Source: an uncultured Planctomycetaceae bacterium (GTDB lineage Bacteria > Planctomycetota > Planctomycetia > Planctomycetales > Planctomycetaceae). Taken from it: a stretch of DNA of 64,000 nt. The DNA lies in NCBI GenBank assembly GCA_963815195.1, contig CAWFGE010000023.1, forward strand, positions 256,001-320,000, given 5' to 3'. A program made the translations under genes and the position numbers. The number at the start of each line of letters is the position of its first letter. Position 1 is the stretch's first letter. Of the stretch, positions 9,540 to 19,994 are shown one piece after another. The notes under the pieces were generated by a model, which searched no databases, had not been told where the DNA came from, and worked only from the letters and a program-made list of their open reading frames with translations.

Positions 9540-11189
9540 ATGAAATGGTCTTGGCGAGCAGCAGTGTTTTTGACGGCTTGCTCCGTCGTGTCGATCGCCT
9601 CTCTCAGCCAGGCCGCGGAAGAGGGCGGGGTCCGCTCGGCGGCGGGCTCTTCGTCAGCGATCGTGGATTACATCAACGAGCGGATCCGCCAGGGCTGGAC
9701 GGACAACGAAATCAAACCGTCCGACGTGGCCGAGGACGAAGAATGGCTCCGCCGGGCCTATCTCGACATCGCGGGGCATATTCCGCCCGCCGACGTGGTC
9801 GAGAAGTTCCTGGCCGAAAAGGACAAAAACAAACGCTCCAAGCTGATCGAGCAACTGCTCGATGATCCGAGCTACGAGCGGAACTTCGCCACGATTTGGA
9901 CGAACCTGTCCGTCGGGCGGCTGGCGCCGCGCCGCGGGAACCGCATGCCCTACAGCCGGGAAGACATGTACCGCTTCTATCTGCGGGCCTTCCACGACAA
10001 CCGGCCCTGGGACCAAATTGTGTTTGATGTGGTCTCCGCCGAAGGCCGGCATGACCGCGAAGGAGCCGTCAATTATCTCCTCGCCCAGATGCAAATGCCG
10101 GACGAAGGCGTGCAGGCGACCGCCAAGACCACGCGGCTGTTCATGGGCATTCAGGTCCAATGCACCCAATGCCACGACCACCCCTTCAACAAGTGGGAGC
10201 AAGACCAGTTCTGGCAATTCAACAGTTTCTTCCGCCAGGTCGCCAAGGACGTGGAGCGGGAATACAACCCCAAATCCGGGCGGATGGAAGACAAATATGT
10301 AAGCCTCGTCCGCAAGGATTTTTCGGGTCCGGTGTTCTTCGAGCGCCGCAGCGGGGAAATGAAAGTCGCCTATCCCACGTTTTTCGATCAGAAGGTTCCC
10401 GAAGGTCCGGGCGTCAATCGCCGGGAAGCGTTGGCCAAGCTGATGACCCAAGGCGAAGAGCCCTGGATCGCCAAGGCGATGGTCAACCGCATGTGGAGCC
10501 ATTTCATGGGCTACGGGTTCACGAAGCCCGTCGATGACATGGGCCCGCACAACGCCGCGTCCCACCCGGAGCTGTTGGACCGGCTCGCGGTCGAGTTTGT
10601 CAAAAGCCGGTACGACGTGAAGCAACTTGTCCGCTGGATCACCAACAGCGAAGCCTACAACCTCACGAGCCGGATGGGCCGGAACAACGAAATGGACAAC
10701 CCCGCCGCCGGGGAAGTCCCGCTGTTCAGCCACATGTACGTCAAGACCATGTCGCCCGAGCAGTTGTACGATTCGCTGATTATCGCGACCGAAGCCCACA
10801 AGGCCGGCCGTTCGAGTTGGACGGAAGCCGACAAGAAAAAACAGCAGTGGATGCAACAGTTCGTCGTCGCCTTCGACACCGACGAAGCGGACGAAGCAAC
10901 CACGTTCAACGGCACGATCCCGCAGGCTTTGATGATGATGAACAGCGAACTGGTGAAAAACGCGATCAGCACCGACAAGGGCACGTACCTGAGCACCGTG
11001 CTCGCGAACCGGGGCAACGACATGGCGAAGATCAATCAACTCTATCAATCGGTCCTGGGCCGCAAACCGACCCATACCGAACTCAAGAAATTCGATGAAA
11101 TCGTCCGCCGGTATCCCAACAAACTCTGGGCCTACCAGGACATGTTCTGGGCCCTGTTGAACGCGAACGAGTTTATCTTGAACCACTAA
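9540..11189 (+). CDS. DUF1549/DUF1553 (PSD1-type) planctomycete protein
   Basis: Signal peptide; WLRRAYLDIAG, QCTQCHDHP, VNRMWSHFMGYG, SHPELLDRLA, WALLNANEF. Confidence 0.92.
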   Translation: MKWSWRAAVFLTACSVVSIASLSQAAEEGGVRSAAGSSSAIVDYINERIRQGWTDNEIKPSDVAEDEEWLRRAYLDIAGHIPPADVVEKFLAEKDKNKRSKLIEQLLDDPSYERNFATIWTNLSVGRLAPRRGNRMPYSREDMYRFYLRAFHDNRPWDQIVFDVVSAEGRHDREGAVNYLLAQMQMPDEGVQATAKTTRLFMGIQVQCTQCHDHPFNKWEQDQFWQFNSFFRQVAKDVEREYNPKSGRMEDKYVSLVRKDFSGPVFFERRSGEMKVAYPTFFDQKVPEGPGVNRREALAKLMTQGEEPWIAKAMVNRMWSHFMGYGFTKPVDDMGPHNAASHPELLDRLAVEFVKSRYDVKQLVRWITNSEAYNLTSRMGRNNEMDNPAAGEVPLFSHMYVKTMSPEQLYDSLIIATEAHKAGRSSWTEADKKKQQWMQQFVVAFDTDEADEATTFNGTIPQALMMMNSELVKNAISTDKGTYLSTVLANRGNDMAKINQLYQSVLGRKPTHTELKKFDEIVRRYPNKLWAYQDMFWALLNANEFILNH

Positions 11190-11194
11190 GCTCA

Positions 11195-11225
11195 GGGATC
11201 GGAGGCCAGAGGTCGGAGGCCAGGG
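11195..11225. repeat. Heptamer tandem repeat (consensus near TCAGAGG) upstream of the four-helix-bundle gene
   Basis: tcggagg-ccagagg-tcggagg-ccaggg. Confidence 0.7.
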
Positions 11226-11229
11226 AAGA

Positions 11230-11607
11230 ATGGCGGGATTCCGCGGGTATCAAGATTTAGCCGTTTGGCGGAAGTCCCTGGAATTGGTTGTCACCTGCTA
11301 CGAAATCGCGAAAGGTTTTCCCGCCTCCGAAAAGTTTGGTCTCTGTTCTCAACTTCAACGAGCAGCCGTTTCCGTGCCCGCCAACATCGCCGAAGGACAC
11401 GGACGCGGCTCAACAAAAGAGTTTCTGCATTTCCTTCACATTGCCTACGGCTCCTTGATGGAATTGGAAACTCATTTGCAGATCGGATTTCAACTGCAAT
11501 ATCTGACCTCCGATCAATTGGAGAACTTATTACTGCAATCCGGTGAAATCGGCCGCATGCTCAATGGATTGAAATCCTCCTTACAACGCAGGCTGCCATC
11601 AACTTAA
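11230..11607 (+). CDS. Four-helix-bundle protein (23S rRNA IVP/Avd-like family)
   Basis: YQDLAVWRKS, FPASEKFGLCSQLQRAAVSVPANIAEG, IAYGSLMELET. Confidence 0.92.
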   Translation: MAGFRGYQDLAVWRKSLELVVTCYEIAKGFPASEKFGLCSQLQRAAVSVPANIAEGHGRGSTKEFLHFLHIAYGSLMELETHLQIGFQLQYLTSDQLENLLLQSGEIGRMLNGLKSSLQRRLPST

Positions 11608-11621
11608 AACCCTACCTTTTC

Positions 11622-11663
11622 CTAACCTCTGACCTCTGACCTCTGACCTCTGACCTCTGATCT
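11622..11663. repeat. Heptamer tandem repeat (CCTCTGA)x5 downstream of the four-helix-bundle gene
   Basis: ctaa-cctctga-cctctga-cctctga-cctctga-cctctga-tct; reverse complement of the upstream tract. Confidence 0.85.
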
Positions 11664-11673
11664 GGAGATCACC

Positions 11674-12945
11674 ATGAATTTGAGCATTCCCAACGACATG
11701 TCCCGCCGGCACTTCATGCGGCATATGGCGACGGCGGCGGCGACGGTGCCGGCCCTGAACTTCCTGTCGCATCTGCAAACGCACGCGGCGGAAGTCAAGA
11801 AGAATCAGAAGGCCTGCATCCTGATGTGGATGGGCGGCGGGCCTCCCACGATCGACATTTGGGACTTAAAGCCCGGCAGCAAGAACGGCGGCGAGTTCAA
11901 GCCGATCGACACCAAGGCTCCCGGCGTCCAGATCAGCGAGCACATGCCCAAGACAGCGATGCAGTTTCAGGACCTGTCGATCGTGCGGTCCATGAGCACC
12001 CGCGAAGCCGACCACGGCCGCGGCCGGTATTTTATGCACACCTCGTTCGTCCCGAACCCCACCGTCGTGCACCCGACGTTCGGTTCGGTCGTCAGCTACG
12101 AAGTCGGCAAAAAGCGGCCCCAACTGGAAATCCCGGCGTTCGTGTCCATCGGCGGCGGAGCCGGCAGCCCGGGCTATATGGGCATGACCCATGCTCCGTT
12201 CGACGTGGATTCCAACGGCAACATCAAAAACGCCAGCATGGGCGATGTGAGCAAAGGCCGGCTCAACCAGCGGCTGGCGATGCTTGATGTCGTGGAGTCG
12301 AACTTCATCGGCTCGAAGCGAGGCGAAGCCCCCAAAGCCCACCGCGAAGTCTACGAGAAAGCCGTCAACCTGATGACCTCGGATCAGATGGCCGCCTTCA
12401 AAGTCGCCGACGAAAAGCCCGAAGTCCTCGAAGCCTACGGCAACAACAACTTCGGCAAAGGCCTCTTGATGGCCCGCCGGCTCGTCGAGACCGGCGTGCC
12501 CTTCGTGGAAGTCAACCTGGGCGGCTGGGACCTGCACAACGATGTGTTTAACAACCTCCGCACGCAGAAGTTGCCGACGCTCGATCAAGGCATCGCCGCC
12601 TTGGTGCAGGACCTCCGCTCGCGGGGCCTGCTCGAACACACGACGCTCGTGTGGATGGGCGAGTTCGCCCGCACCCCGCGGATCAACCAGAACGTCGGCC
12701 GCGACCACTGGGCCGCCAGTTGGAGCGTGATGATCGGCGGCGGCGGACTGCGGAACGGCCAGGCGATCGGCGAAACCGATGCCGACGGCACCTCGGTCGT
12801 CGGTAAGAGCTACCTGCCCGGCGACATCTGGGCCACGGTCGCTTATGCCTTGGGCATTCCCATCGACACCGTGCACACCTCGAAAAACGGCCGCCCGATG
12901 CGCCTCGCCAACGGCGGCACGCCGATCAAAGAACTCATCGGCTGA
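11674..12945 (+). CDS. DUF1501 protein with Tat signal
   Basis: SRRHFM Tat motif; [43 protein letters not shown]. Confidence 0.93.
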   Translation: MNLSIPNDMSRRHFMRHMATAAATVPALNFLSHLQTHAAEVKKNQKACILMWMGGGPPTIDIWDLKPGSKNGGEFKPIDTKAPGVQISEHMPKTAMQFQDLSIVRSMSTREADHGRGRYFMHTSFVPNPTVVHPTFGSVVSYEVGKKRPQLEIPAFVSIGGGAGSPGYMGMTHAPFDVDSNGNIKNASMGDVSKGRLNQRLAMLDVVESNFIGSKRGEAPKAHREVYEKAVNLMTSDQMAAFKVADEKPEVLEAYGNNNFGKGLLMARRLVETGVPFVEVNLGGWDLHNDVFNNLRTQKLPTLDQGIAALVQDLRSRGLLEHTTLVWMGEFARTPRINQNVGRDHWAASWSVMIGGGGLRNGQAIGETDADGTSVVGKSYLPGDIWATVAYALGIPIDTVHTSKNGRPMRLANGGTPIKELIG

Positions 12946-13145
12946 TAAAGAGCCAAGAGCTCTAATTAGCCCGAAGCGCAAGCGAGGGAATTTCAACAGC
13001 CTTGCGCTGCGGGCTGGTCTTCGGAGAGCCTTGAAAAAAGACGGAAAATATCCTGGCCCGAACCCGAGCACGCGGAATGGGAACGTGCCGCTTTGGTGCT
13101 TGAATCAATCGGACCTGACTACCGTTCCCTGACGGTGCGGGCCAG

Positions 13146-13177
13146 GAGGCGGGGAATCACGCGTGATTCCCCGCCTC
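13146..13177. terminator. Perfect 32-bp palindrome, probable terminator
   Basis: GAGGCGGGGAATCACG|CGTGATTCCCCGCCTC followed by TTTGT. Confidence 0.6.
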
Positions 13178-13320
13178 TTTGTGTACAACCTGACGAGCGT
13201 GGGGCGTGAGTCCCATGAGAATCAAACCGTTTCAATCGTCGAAAATAATCAGCCGGCTGACGCCGGCCGCTCGCCTCGTTTTTTTGGTCATTGGTGCTTG
13301 GTCATTAGGACTTCTCCAAG

Positions 13321-13868
13321 ATGGCGTCGAACTCCAACCCCACCACCTTCTCTCCCCCCGACGAGGAGTTCGTGCGGTTGTTTACGCGCTATCAGCGGCC
13401 GTTGTTTTTGTACCTGCTCACGCGGGTGCCCAATCCGGTGGAAGCCGAGGAGATCCTGCAGGAGACGAACATCGTCATCTGGCGGAAGTTCTCGCAGTTC
13501 ACGCCGGGCACGAATTTCCTGGCCTGGGCTTCGCAGATCGCCAAGTACGAGATTCTGAAATACCGGCAGCGAAACCACAAAGACAAGCTGCACTTCAGTG
13601 ATCGCTTTGTGGAACATCTCGCCGACGAAGACGCGGACGACGGCGAGCATTGGGACGCCCGGCGGGAGGCGCTGATGAAATGCCTCGGCAAGCTGCGGAC
13701 AAAGGACCGCGAACTCATCGAACGCCGCTACCAGCCCGGCGAAACGGGCACGAGTCTCGCCGAGGTTTTGGAGCGGCCGGTCAATTCGGTTTATCAGTCG
13801 CTGGGCGCATCCGCCGGACGTTGCTCGAGTGCATCCATCGCGAACTGAGCGCGGAGGCCGGGCCATGA
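13321..13868 (+). CDS. ECF sigma factor (Rhodopirellula/Verrucomicrobium type); apparent 1-bp frameshift near 13807
   Basis: AEEILQETNIVIWRKF..F.PGTNFLAWA. Corrected end SVYQSLGRIRRTLLECIHRELSAEAGP* overlaps the next ATG (ATGA). Confidence 0.88.
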
Positions 13869-16048
13869 TCTCCCCCAACAGCCAGTTTTCCGATCCCCGC
13901 CACGAATTGTGGACACTCCTGGAAGCTCTCTGCGAAGACCGCCTCGCCGCGGAAGAAGCCGAGCGGCTGGAAGAGTGGGTCCTGGGCGACCACGGTGCCC
14001 GGCGGATTTACCGGGACTACATCGAACTCCACGGTTCCTTATATTGGGACACCGCGATCGCGGGAGAATCGCCCGATCCAATCCCGGCGGCATCCTCGAT
14101 CCAAGGCAACGGAAAGCCGGGTCCGTCTTCCAAACCGACTTCCCGTCGGCGCTTCTTTCAGGCGAAACAGAGTCTGCTCGCGCTCGCGGTCTTGCTGTTC
14201 GCGGGCTTGGGGCTTTGGTCGGGGGGAGTGTTCCGAGACGAATCGGCAAATCCCCGCGTGGTGAACCGGCCGCACGACGCCAAACCCGCGACTTCGCCAA
14301 AGAATCCCCCGGACCGGAACCGACTGCCAAAGAACCCGTCGCCGTTGATTGCGGTGCAGCCGTCCAAAGGGTCTCCCAGGAAGGACGACCCCTGGCCCGC
14401 GATTGCCCAGCATGCACCGCGGGGGGCTTCGCATCCAAAATCTCCCATCGACGGGCCGAATCGACTCGGCACGAAAGAGCCCAAGGAAAAACCCGAGCCC
14501 CGGCACGGATCGGAAGCCGCGATCGTGGCCGCCATCAATCAAGGCATCAAGGACGGTTGGAAGGCGGCGGAACTCGCGCCTTCGCCGATCGCCGGCGATG
14601 CCGAGTGGCTCCGCCGCGTGCATCTCGATCTGGTGGGGCATATCCCGCCGCCGGATGCGGTCGAGGAGTTTCTTGCAGACGCCCGGTCGGACAAGCGGGT
14701 CCTCAAAATCAACGAGCTTCTGGACGACCCCGCCTACGTTCGCAATTTTGCGACGGTGTGGACGAACCTGCTGGTGGGGCGGTCCACCGAGCGGGAAGTG
14801 GACCGGTTCGCGGTGCACCGCTTCCTCCGCGAAAGCTTCGCCCGCAACCGCCCGTGGAGCGAAGTCGTTTACGATCTGGTCTCCGCGGAAGGACCGGCCG
14901 AAGAAAACGGAGCGTCGGGGTTTCTTCTGGCCCATCTCAACAACGAAGCCGTGCCCGCGACGGCGATCACGGCCCGGCTGTTTCTCTGCAGGCAGGTCCA
15001 ATGCACGCAGTGCCACAAGCACCCCTGGAACGAATCGCAGCAAAGCGAGTTCTGGGAACTCAACAGCTTCTTTCAGCAAACAGGCATCGAACGCCGGCGG
15101 CTGGAATTGCCCGGCGGGAAGTCGCGGATGACGCGGGCCCTCGTCTCCAGACCGGAGGGCGGGCCGACGTTTTACGAAGACCGCAAGGGCGTGATGCAGG
15201 CGGCTTATCCCCGGTTTGCCGGCGTCGAAGTCAGCCCGAAACCGCACACCAACCGCCGGCGGGAACTCGCGGAGTTGATGACGACCGGCGAAAGGGATCA
15301 ACTGGCGAAAGCGATGGTCAACCGCACGTGGGCTCACTTTTTCGGCTACGGATTTACGCAGCCGCTGGACGACATGGGGCCACACAAAATCCCCTCGCAT
15401 CCCGAGCTTTTGGACCGGCTGGCGGAGGAATTCATCCAAAGCGGCTACGATGTGAAACAACTCATCCGCTGGATTTGCCTGTCCGATCCCTATCAGCGGA
15501 CCAGCCGGTTTTCCCCCGGCAACGACCGCGACAACCCGTCCATCGGCGAGACGCCGATGTTCAGTCGAATGTATGTCCGCTCGATGACGGCCGAGCAGCT
15601 TTACGATTCGCTGCTGGTCGCAACCCGGGCCCAGATGGCCGCCGGTTCGAGTTGGGACGACATCCAAAGGCAGCGGCAGGAATGGCTCCAGCAATTCGTC
15701 ACGGCCTTCGAGACCGAAGAAAACGACGAGGAAACGCAGTTCGAGGGCACGGTGCCTCAGGCGCTGCTGTTAATGAACAGCGAACTCGTGGAGCAAGCGG
15801 TCCGGCCTAAACAGGGGACCTATTTCGCGGCCGTGCTTTATAGTCCCGGCAGCGAAACGGATAAGATCCGCCGGCTGTGCCTCGCGGCGTTGTCCCGGCA
15901 ACCGACTCCGCATGAACTCGCCGCGGCCCGCAAACTCATCAAGCTCCGCCGAGCCGCCGCCAACAACGACCCCCGCGCCGGCGTCGAAGCCCTGCAAGAC
16001 GTGTTCTGGGCTTTTTTGAACTCGAATGAATTCATTCTGGTCCATTGA
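13865..16048 (+). CDS. Putative anti-sigma factor fused to DUF1549/DUF1553
   Basis: N-terminal LLEALCEDRL..EEAERLEEWV..ARRIY..YIELH anti-sigma-like segment, one TM helix, Pro-rich linker, then DUF1549 (CTQCHKHP) and DUF1553. Confidence 0.85.
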   Translation: MISPNSQFSDPRHELWTLLEALCEDRLAAEEAERLEEWVLGDHGARRIYRDYIELHGSLYWDTAIAGESPDPIPAASSIQGNGKPGPSSKPTSRRRFFQAKQSLLALAVLLFAGLGLWSGGVFRDESANPRVVNRPHDAKPATSPKNPPDRNRLPKNPSPLIAVQPSKGSPRKDDPWPAIAQHAPRGASHPKSPIDGPNRLGTKEPKEKPEPRHGSEAAIVAAINQGIKDGWKAAELAPSPIAGDAEWLRRVHLDLVGHIPPPDAVEEFLADARSDKRVLKINELLDDPAYVRNFATVWTNLLVGRSTEREVDRFAVHRFLRESFARNRPWSEVVYDLVSAEGPAEENGASGFLLAHLNNEAVPATAITARLFLCRQVQCTQCHKHPWNESQQSEFWELNSFFQQTGIERRRLELPGGKSRMTRALVSRPEGGPTFYEDRKGVMQAAYPRFAGVEVSPKPHTNRRRELAELMTTGERDQLAKAMVNRTWAHFFGYGFTQPLDDMGPHKIPSHPELLDRLAEEFIQSGYDVKQLIRWICLSDPYQRTSRFSPGNDRDNPSIGETPMFSRMYVRSMTAEQLYDSLLVATRAQMAAGSSWDDIQRQRQEWLQQFVTAFETEENDEETQFEGTVPQALLLMNSELVEQAVRPKQGTYFAAVLYSPGSETDKIRRLCLAALSRQPTPHELAAARKLIKLRRAAANNDPRAGVEALQDVFWAFLNSNEFILVH

Positions 16049-16072
16049 ACCGGGAACAGAACCGCTCGCGGC

Positions 16073-17383
16073 TTACAAGTTTTTCTGGGACGTGTCGTTC
16101 TCGACGCGGCTTTCCGCGAACCACAGGCAGAGTTTGCGGATGTCGCCCAGTTGCGAAAGCTGGCGGACGCGGCGGCGGGCGGTGCCCGTGCCGAGGGCGG
16201 GCGAGTAGCCGTGATGATGGTCCGCGATCGCGAGGGCCTGCGAAACGTCTTCCAGCGTCACACCGTCGCGGCGATTTGTGACCGCCAGCCAGCGGGCGAG
16301 CCAGGTCGTCACCGGATACATCAGCGCCAGACTTTGAAATCCTTCGACCAGCGGAACGTCGTAATACGCCCGGCCGCAGAAATGCAGGCCCTGGACTTTG
16401 ACCCGGAAATACCGCGTGAACATCTCCTCGGCCCCGGCGGGCAGATCCCGTGAGACGTTCTCCACCTCCGCAAACGGCACCTCGCCGACCGCGGTCTGGA
16501 GCGCGGGCAGATTCCCCTTCCCCCGGGCGAACTTGAGCGCGGCTTTCAATAGCCGCAGCCGGCCTTTCCAGCCCGAAGCCACGTCCGCCGCGGTGTCTTT
16601 GCGGGCGTATTGCGCGAGCAGCATCCGAAAGTGCAGCCGCCCCGTGCGGCTGGGTTCCTTGGGCTCCGTGTTCGCGAGCGAAGCGTCCACCTCGGCCGCG
16701 GTCGCTCCGATAATGAGTTCCAAAAACTCCGCCAGCCGGCCGCCCTGGATCTTCTCGAACCGCGCCGCTTCCACCAACTGCAGCCAACCGAGCGTTCGGC
16801 ACAGCTTGATTCCGATCCCCGCATCGTCCGCCGCGAGGCCTTGGTCGATCGCCGTGATGAACTGGTGAAAGTCGGCCCAGCCGAGTTTTTCGCGGCGGTT
16901 GATGGGGGGCGGCGGAATCTCGCGGGCCTCGATCGGCACCACGAGCGACGCGAGCTTTTTGAGTTCGCGGGCGTTTTCGGCCAAGGGCTTTCCCAGGTTC
17001 GAGACGACCGAAGGGCAACTGAACCGGAGGCTCACCGCGACCTTCTTGCCGTCGGGGTGAAACGCATACGGATAGACCCGGCAGGCGAGCGGTTTGGCGG
17101 CTTCGCCGAACTTGGCGTGAATCCGGCACAGGCCGTCTTCGTTCAAAAACACGCAGGCCCCGTCCGGCTGATGGGCGAGCGCCGACCGCTTGTTCCACCG
17201 CGGCCCCAGGGATTGAAACAACGGCTGCCCCGGCGGGATGCCGTCGTCGGCGGTCCAATTTTGCCGTTCGATCCGCTCGCGTTCTTCCGCGGTGATTTCA
17301 ATCTGATGCTGCCGGCAACACCCGCTGCAATTGTGGCAACTCCAATTCTGCAAAACGGGCAATTCCAAATCGTGTCGGGCCAT
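16073..17383 (-). CDS. YkgJ/FliB-like cysteine-cluster protein
   Basis: CHNCSGCC, GACVFL..DGLCRIH..KPLACRVYP, SCP; start at MARHDLELP. Confidence 0.82.
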   Translation of the reverse strand: MARHDLELPVLQNWSCHNCSGCCRQHQIEITAEERERIERQNWTADDGIPPGQPLFQSLGPRWNKRSALAHQPDGACVFLNEDGLCRIHAKFGEAAKPLACRVYPYAFHPDGKKVAVSLRFSCPSVVSNLGKPLAENARELKKLASLVVPIEAREIPPPPINRREKLGWADFHQFITAIDQGLAADDAGIGIKLCRTLGWLQLVEAARFEKIQGGRLAEFLELIIGATAAEVDASLANTEPKEPSRTGRLHFRMLLAQYARKDTAADVASGWKGRLRLLKAALKFARGKGNLPALQTAVGEVPFAEVENVSRDLPAGAEEMFTRYFRVKVQGLHFCGRAYYDVPLVEGFQSLALMYPVTTWLARWLAVTNRRDGVTLEDVSQALAIADHHHGYSPALGTGTARRRVRQLSQLGDIRKLCLWFAESRVENDTSQKNL

Positions 17384-17557
17384 GAGATTGATCGATGAAG
17401 ATGGGAAAGGAGCAAAGCGGACTGAGCTTTCTTCAATCTTAGGCAGTTCGGCCCCCAAAGGCGACAACACGCGGATTGCACTGGTTTCCGATTTCGCCGT
17501 CTGCGAAACTGAAAACAGGGCGAGGGGCAACGCGAAAAAAGCCGAGAGGAGGATTCC

Positions 17558-18958
17558 ATGCACATGACGACATATCGAATAACGACGGCCGCGAACGTTC
17601 CGATGCGCAAAATCCGTCCGCGTTCCCTCGTGTCTTTGTGGTTCCTATTTCTGCCTTTCGCGGGATGCTTGGTCTTACCGAGTTTTGGCGACGCGGAAGA
17701 TGCCCCGGCGAAAACCATGCAAAAGAAGGAATGGGTCGCGGAGCAAATCGCGAGGTTGGATGCCGACACTTTGAAGGAGCGCTCGGCGGCGGAAAAAGAA
17801 CTGCTCGAAGCCGGCCCGGAGATCCTGCCGATGCTGCCGCCGCCGGAATTGCTCCCGAGCGCTTCGGTCAAACAGGCCGTGCGGCGGGTGCGGGTCCGGC
17901 TCGAAGAAGCCCAGGCGCGGGAGTCCGTCAAACCCGCCCGGATCACTTTGAAAGAAACCGCGCCGCTCGAAAACATTCTGAAAGCCGTTGCCGAACGGAC
18001 CGGCAATGCGATTGACGCCTCCGCGCTCCCCCCGGCGATGCGCGAACGCTCCGTGTCGCTCGATGTTTCCAATGAGCCATTTTGGGACGTGATGGAACAT
18101 CTCGCCAAAGACGCGGGCTTCGTGATCGATGGCTCCGCGAAAGGGAACATCAACCGCTCCGAACTGGTTTTAGAACCGGATTCGAAAACGGCCATTAAGC
18201 CCAGCGCCTCGACGAACGTGGGGGCGTTTCGCGTGGAGGTCGATCCGCTCAAGCTCCGCACGCGGTTCGGGAAAGACGATCAGCAATTGTTGCGGGTGCC
18301 GTTCCGGTTGTCCGCCGAGCCTCGGCTGCGGCCGCTGTTTTTGAAGCTCGCCGGCAAAGACTTTTCCGCCCGCACAAAAAAGGGCCGATCGCTCGATCCC
18401 TTCAATCCCGCCCAGAAGCTGGAACTGCCCTTGGGCGAAGGCGGCACCGAGGCGACATTCCACATGGACTACCAGGTGCAAAAGCCTTTCCAGGCGGACG
18501 CCGTCGAACTGACCGGCCAGGCGACCTTGACCGTGGCGGCGGATTCGGAGGACATCACTTTCAGCGATTTGGCGAAATCGACCGGAGCCGCCCGCCGGCG
18601 GGGAGGCGTGACGGTGACGCTCAACGAGGTCGAGTTTGAGCCCGACAAGAAGCACGCGGATCGGCAATCGGCCGTCGTCCGCGTCACGGTGCATTACGAC
18701 ACCGGCGGCCCCGCGTTTGAATCGCATCGCACGTGGATCTTCCATAACCGCGTGTTTTTGGAAGATGCCCAAGGACGGCGGATCGAACGCGGCCAGCAAT
18801 ACCGCACCGACCTCCAGACCGACGGCGGCGTGATGGTGGAATACAACTTCGACAACCTCCCCGGGGGCAAGGACGATTACCGCTTCACCTACGTCGCCCC
18901 CACACTGATCATCGACGTGCCGATCCGCTTCGAGTTCAAATCGCTGTCCGTTCCGTAG
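17558..18958 (+). CDS. Hypothetical exported protein
   Basis: RBS GAGGAGG before ATG; hydrophobic N-terminus; HEAT-like segment followed by beta-rich domains. Confidence 0.75.
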   Translation: MHMTTYRITTAANVPMRKIRPRSLVSLWFLFLPFAGCLVLPSFGDAEDAPAKTMQKKEWVAEQIARLDADTLKERSAAEKELLEAGPEILPMLPPPELLPSASVKQAVRRVRVRLEEAQARESVKPARITLKETAPLENILKAVAERTGNAIDASALPPAMRERSVSLDVSNEPFWDVMEHLAKDAGFVIDGSAKGNINRSELVLEPDSKTAIKPSASTNVGAFRVEVDPLKLRTRFGKDDQQLLRVPFRLSAEPRLRPLFLKLAGKDFSARTKKGRSLDPFNPAQKLELPLGEGGTEATFHMDYQVQKPFQADAVELTGQATLTVAADSEDITFSDLAKSTGAARRRGGVTVTLNEVEFEPDKKHADRQSAVVRVTVHYDTGGPAFESHRTWIFHNRVFLEDAQGRRIERGQQYRTDLQTDGGVMVEYNFDNLPGGKDDYRFTYVAPTLIIDVPIRFEFKSLSVP

Positions 18959-19011
18959 CGGCGGCTTCCAGCCGCCGAGGTCGAACCACGGCCGCAAGAT
19001 GCCGCCGCGAC
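18954..19011. repeat. GTAG-type REP doublet, family B, copy 1
   Basis: CGTAGCGGCGGCTTCCAGCCGCCG...GCAAGATGCCGCCGC; also at 45797 and 49094. Confidence 0.8.
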
Positions 19012-19031
19012 TTGTCGAGAATCCGCGCCGG

Positions 19032-19866
19032 TCAGGGGGCTCGATCCTGAAGCGCGTGCCGGACCGAGCTGGCGATTTCCAGGACTTCCTGCGTGGTCGC
19101 CTCCCGGCGGAGCGAAAGCAGGCTGCGGTGCGTGGCTTTTACTTTGGAGGACAGCCATTCCTCGGCGGATTGCGTGGCCACCAGCCGAGCCCCGTGTTCC
19201 GAGGCGAGGGAATCGAGCAGCGTCTGAAACAGCCGAATGTAAAGGTATTCGCGGATCGTCACCGCTGCGAGATGGCTTTCGCTGACATAAGGCGAAGGGA
19301 TCAGCCGGGACTTTTTGCGCGGGCTCGATGGGCAGGACGGAGGTGACGACCGGCGTAAATTCGCCGACGCCCGCGAACCGGGCGGAGATGAACTCCAATC
19401 GATCGAACCGGCCGTCGAGATAGTCCTCCAGTAAATCCTGCGCGAGTTCCAACAGCAGTTCGGTCAGCCCGGCGATGCTGCTCGGGGCCCGGTATTGCCG
19501 GGAGATCGTCAAACCCGCTTGGGTCAGTCCGTTGGCCGGGCGGTGCCCGACGCAATAGAGCCTTTGAGCCCCCGTTTGGCGAACATGCTGAATGGCCGAC
19601 TGCGTGAGGCGGGTGTTGTAGCCGTCGCAGAGTCCCAGGTCGCTGGCAATCAGCAGGGTTGCGGATGCTGACGTTGTGCTCACGGGCGGCGCGAAATTCA
19701 TCGCGGCGACGACTTCCTCGATGCCTTCGCGGTAGGCATGGGCGGCGGCCAGCCCTTCGCGGGACTTGCGAAAGTGATGGGCCGCCAGCGACTTCATCGC
19801 CGATACGGCTTCGGAGAGCGTCTCCAACGTATGCAGGCGGCGCTTCAAATCCTGGCCATGCTTCAT
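19032..19866 (-). CDS. atpG: N-type ATPase gamma subunit; apparent frameshift near 19310
   Basis: AVSAMKSLA, SDLGLCDGYN in the first frame; SLASEHGARLVATQSA, RREATTQEVLEI in the shifted frame. Confidence 0.88.
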
Positions 19867-19894
19867 TTCAAACTCCTCGATTCGCGCTCGGCTC

Positions 19895-19973
19895 GGGTGG
19901 CACGCCCTGAGGAACGAAGGGCGTGGTTCTTGCGTTCGCCACGCCCTTCGCTTCACTCAGGGGCGTGCCACCC
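19895..19973. repeat. REP-like palindromic repeat, family A, copy 2 (between atpA and atpG)
   Basis: GGGTGGCACGCCCTGAG...CTCAGGGGCGTGCCACCC. Confidence 0.85.
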
Positions 19974-19994
19974 AAATTCTCTCCAGGTTTTATT

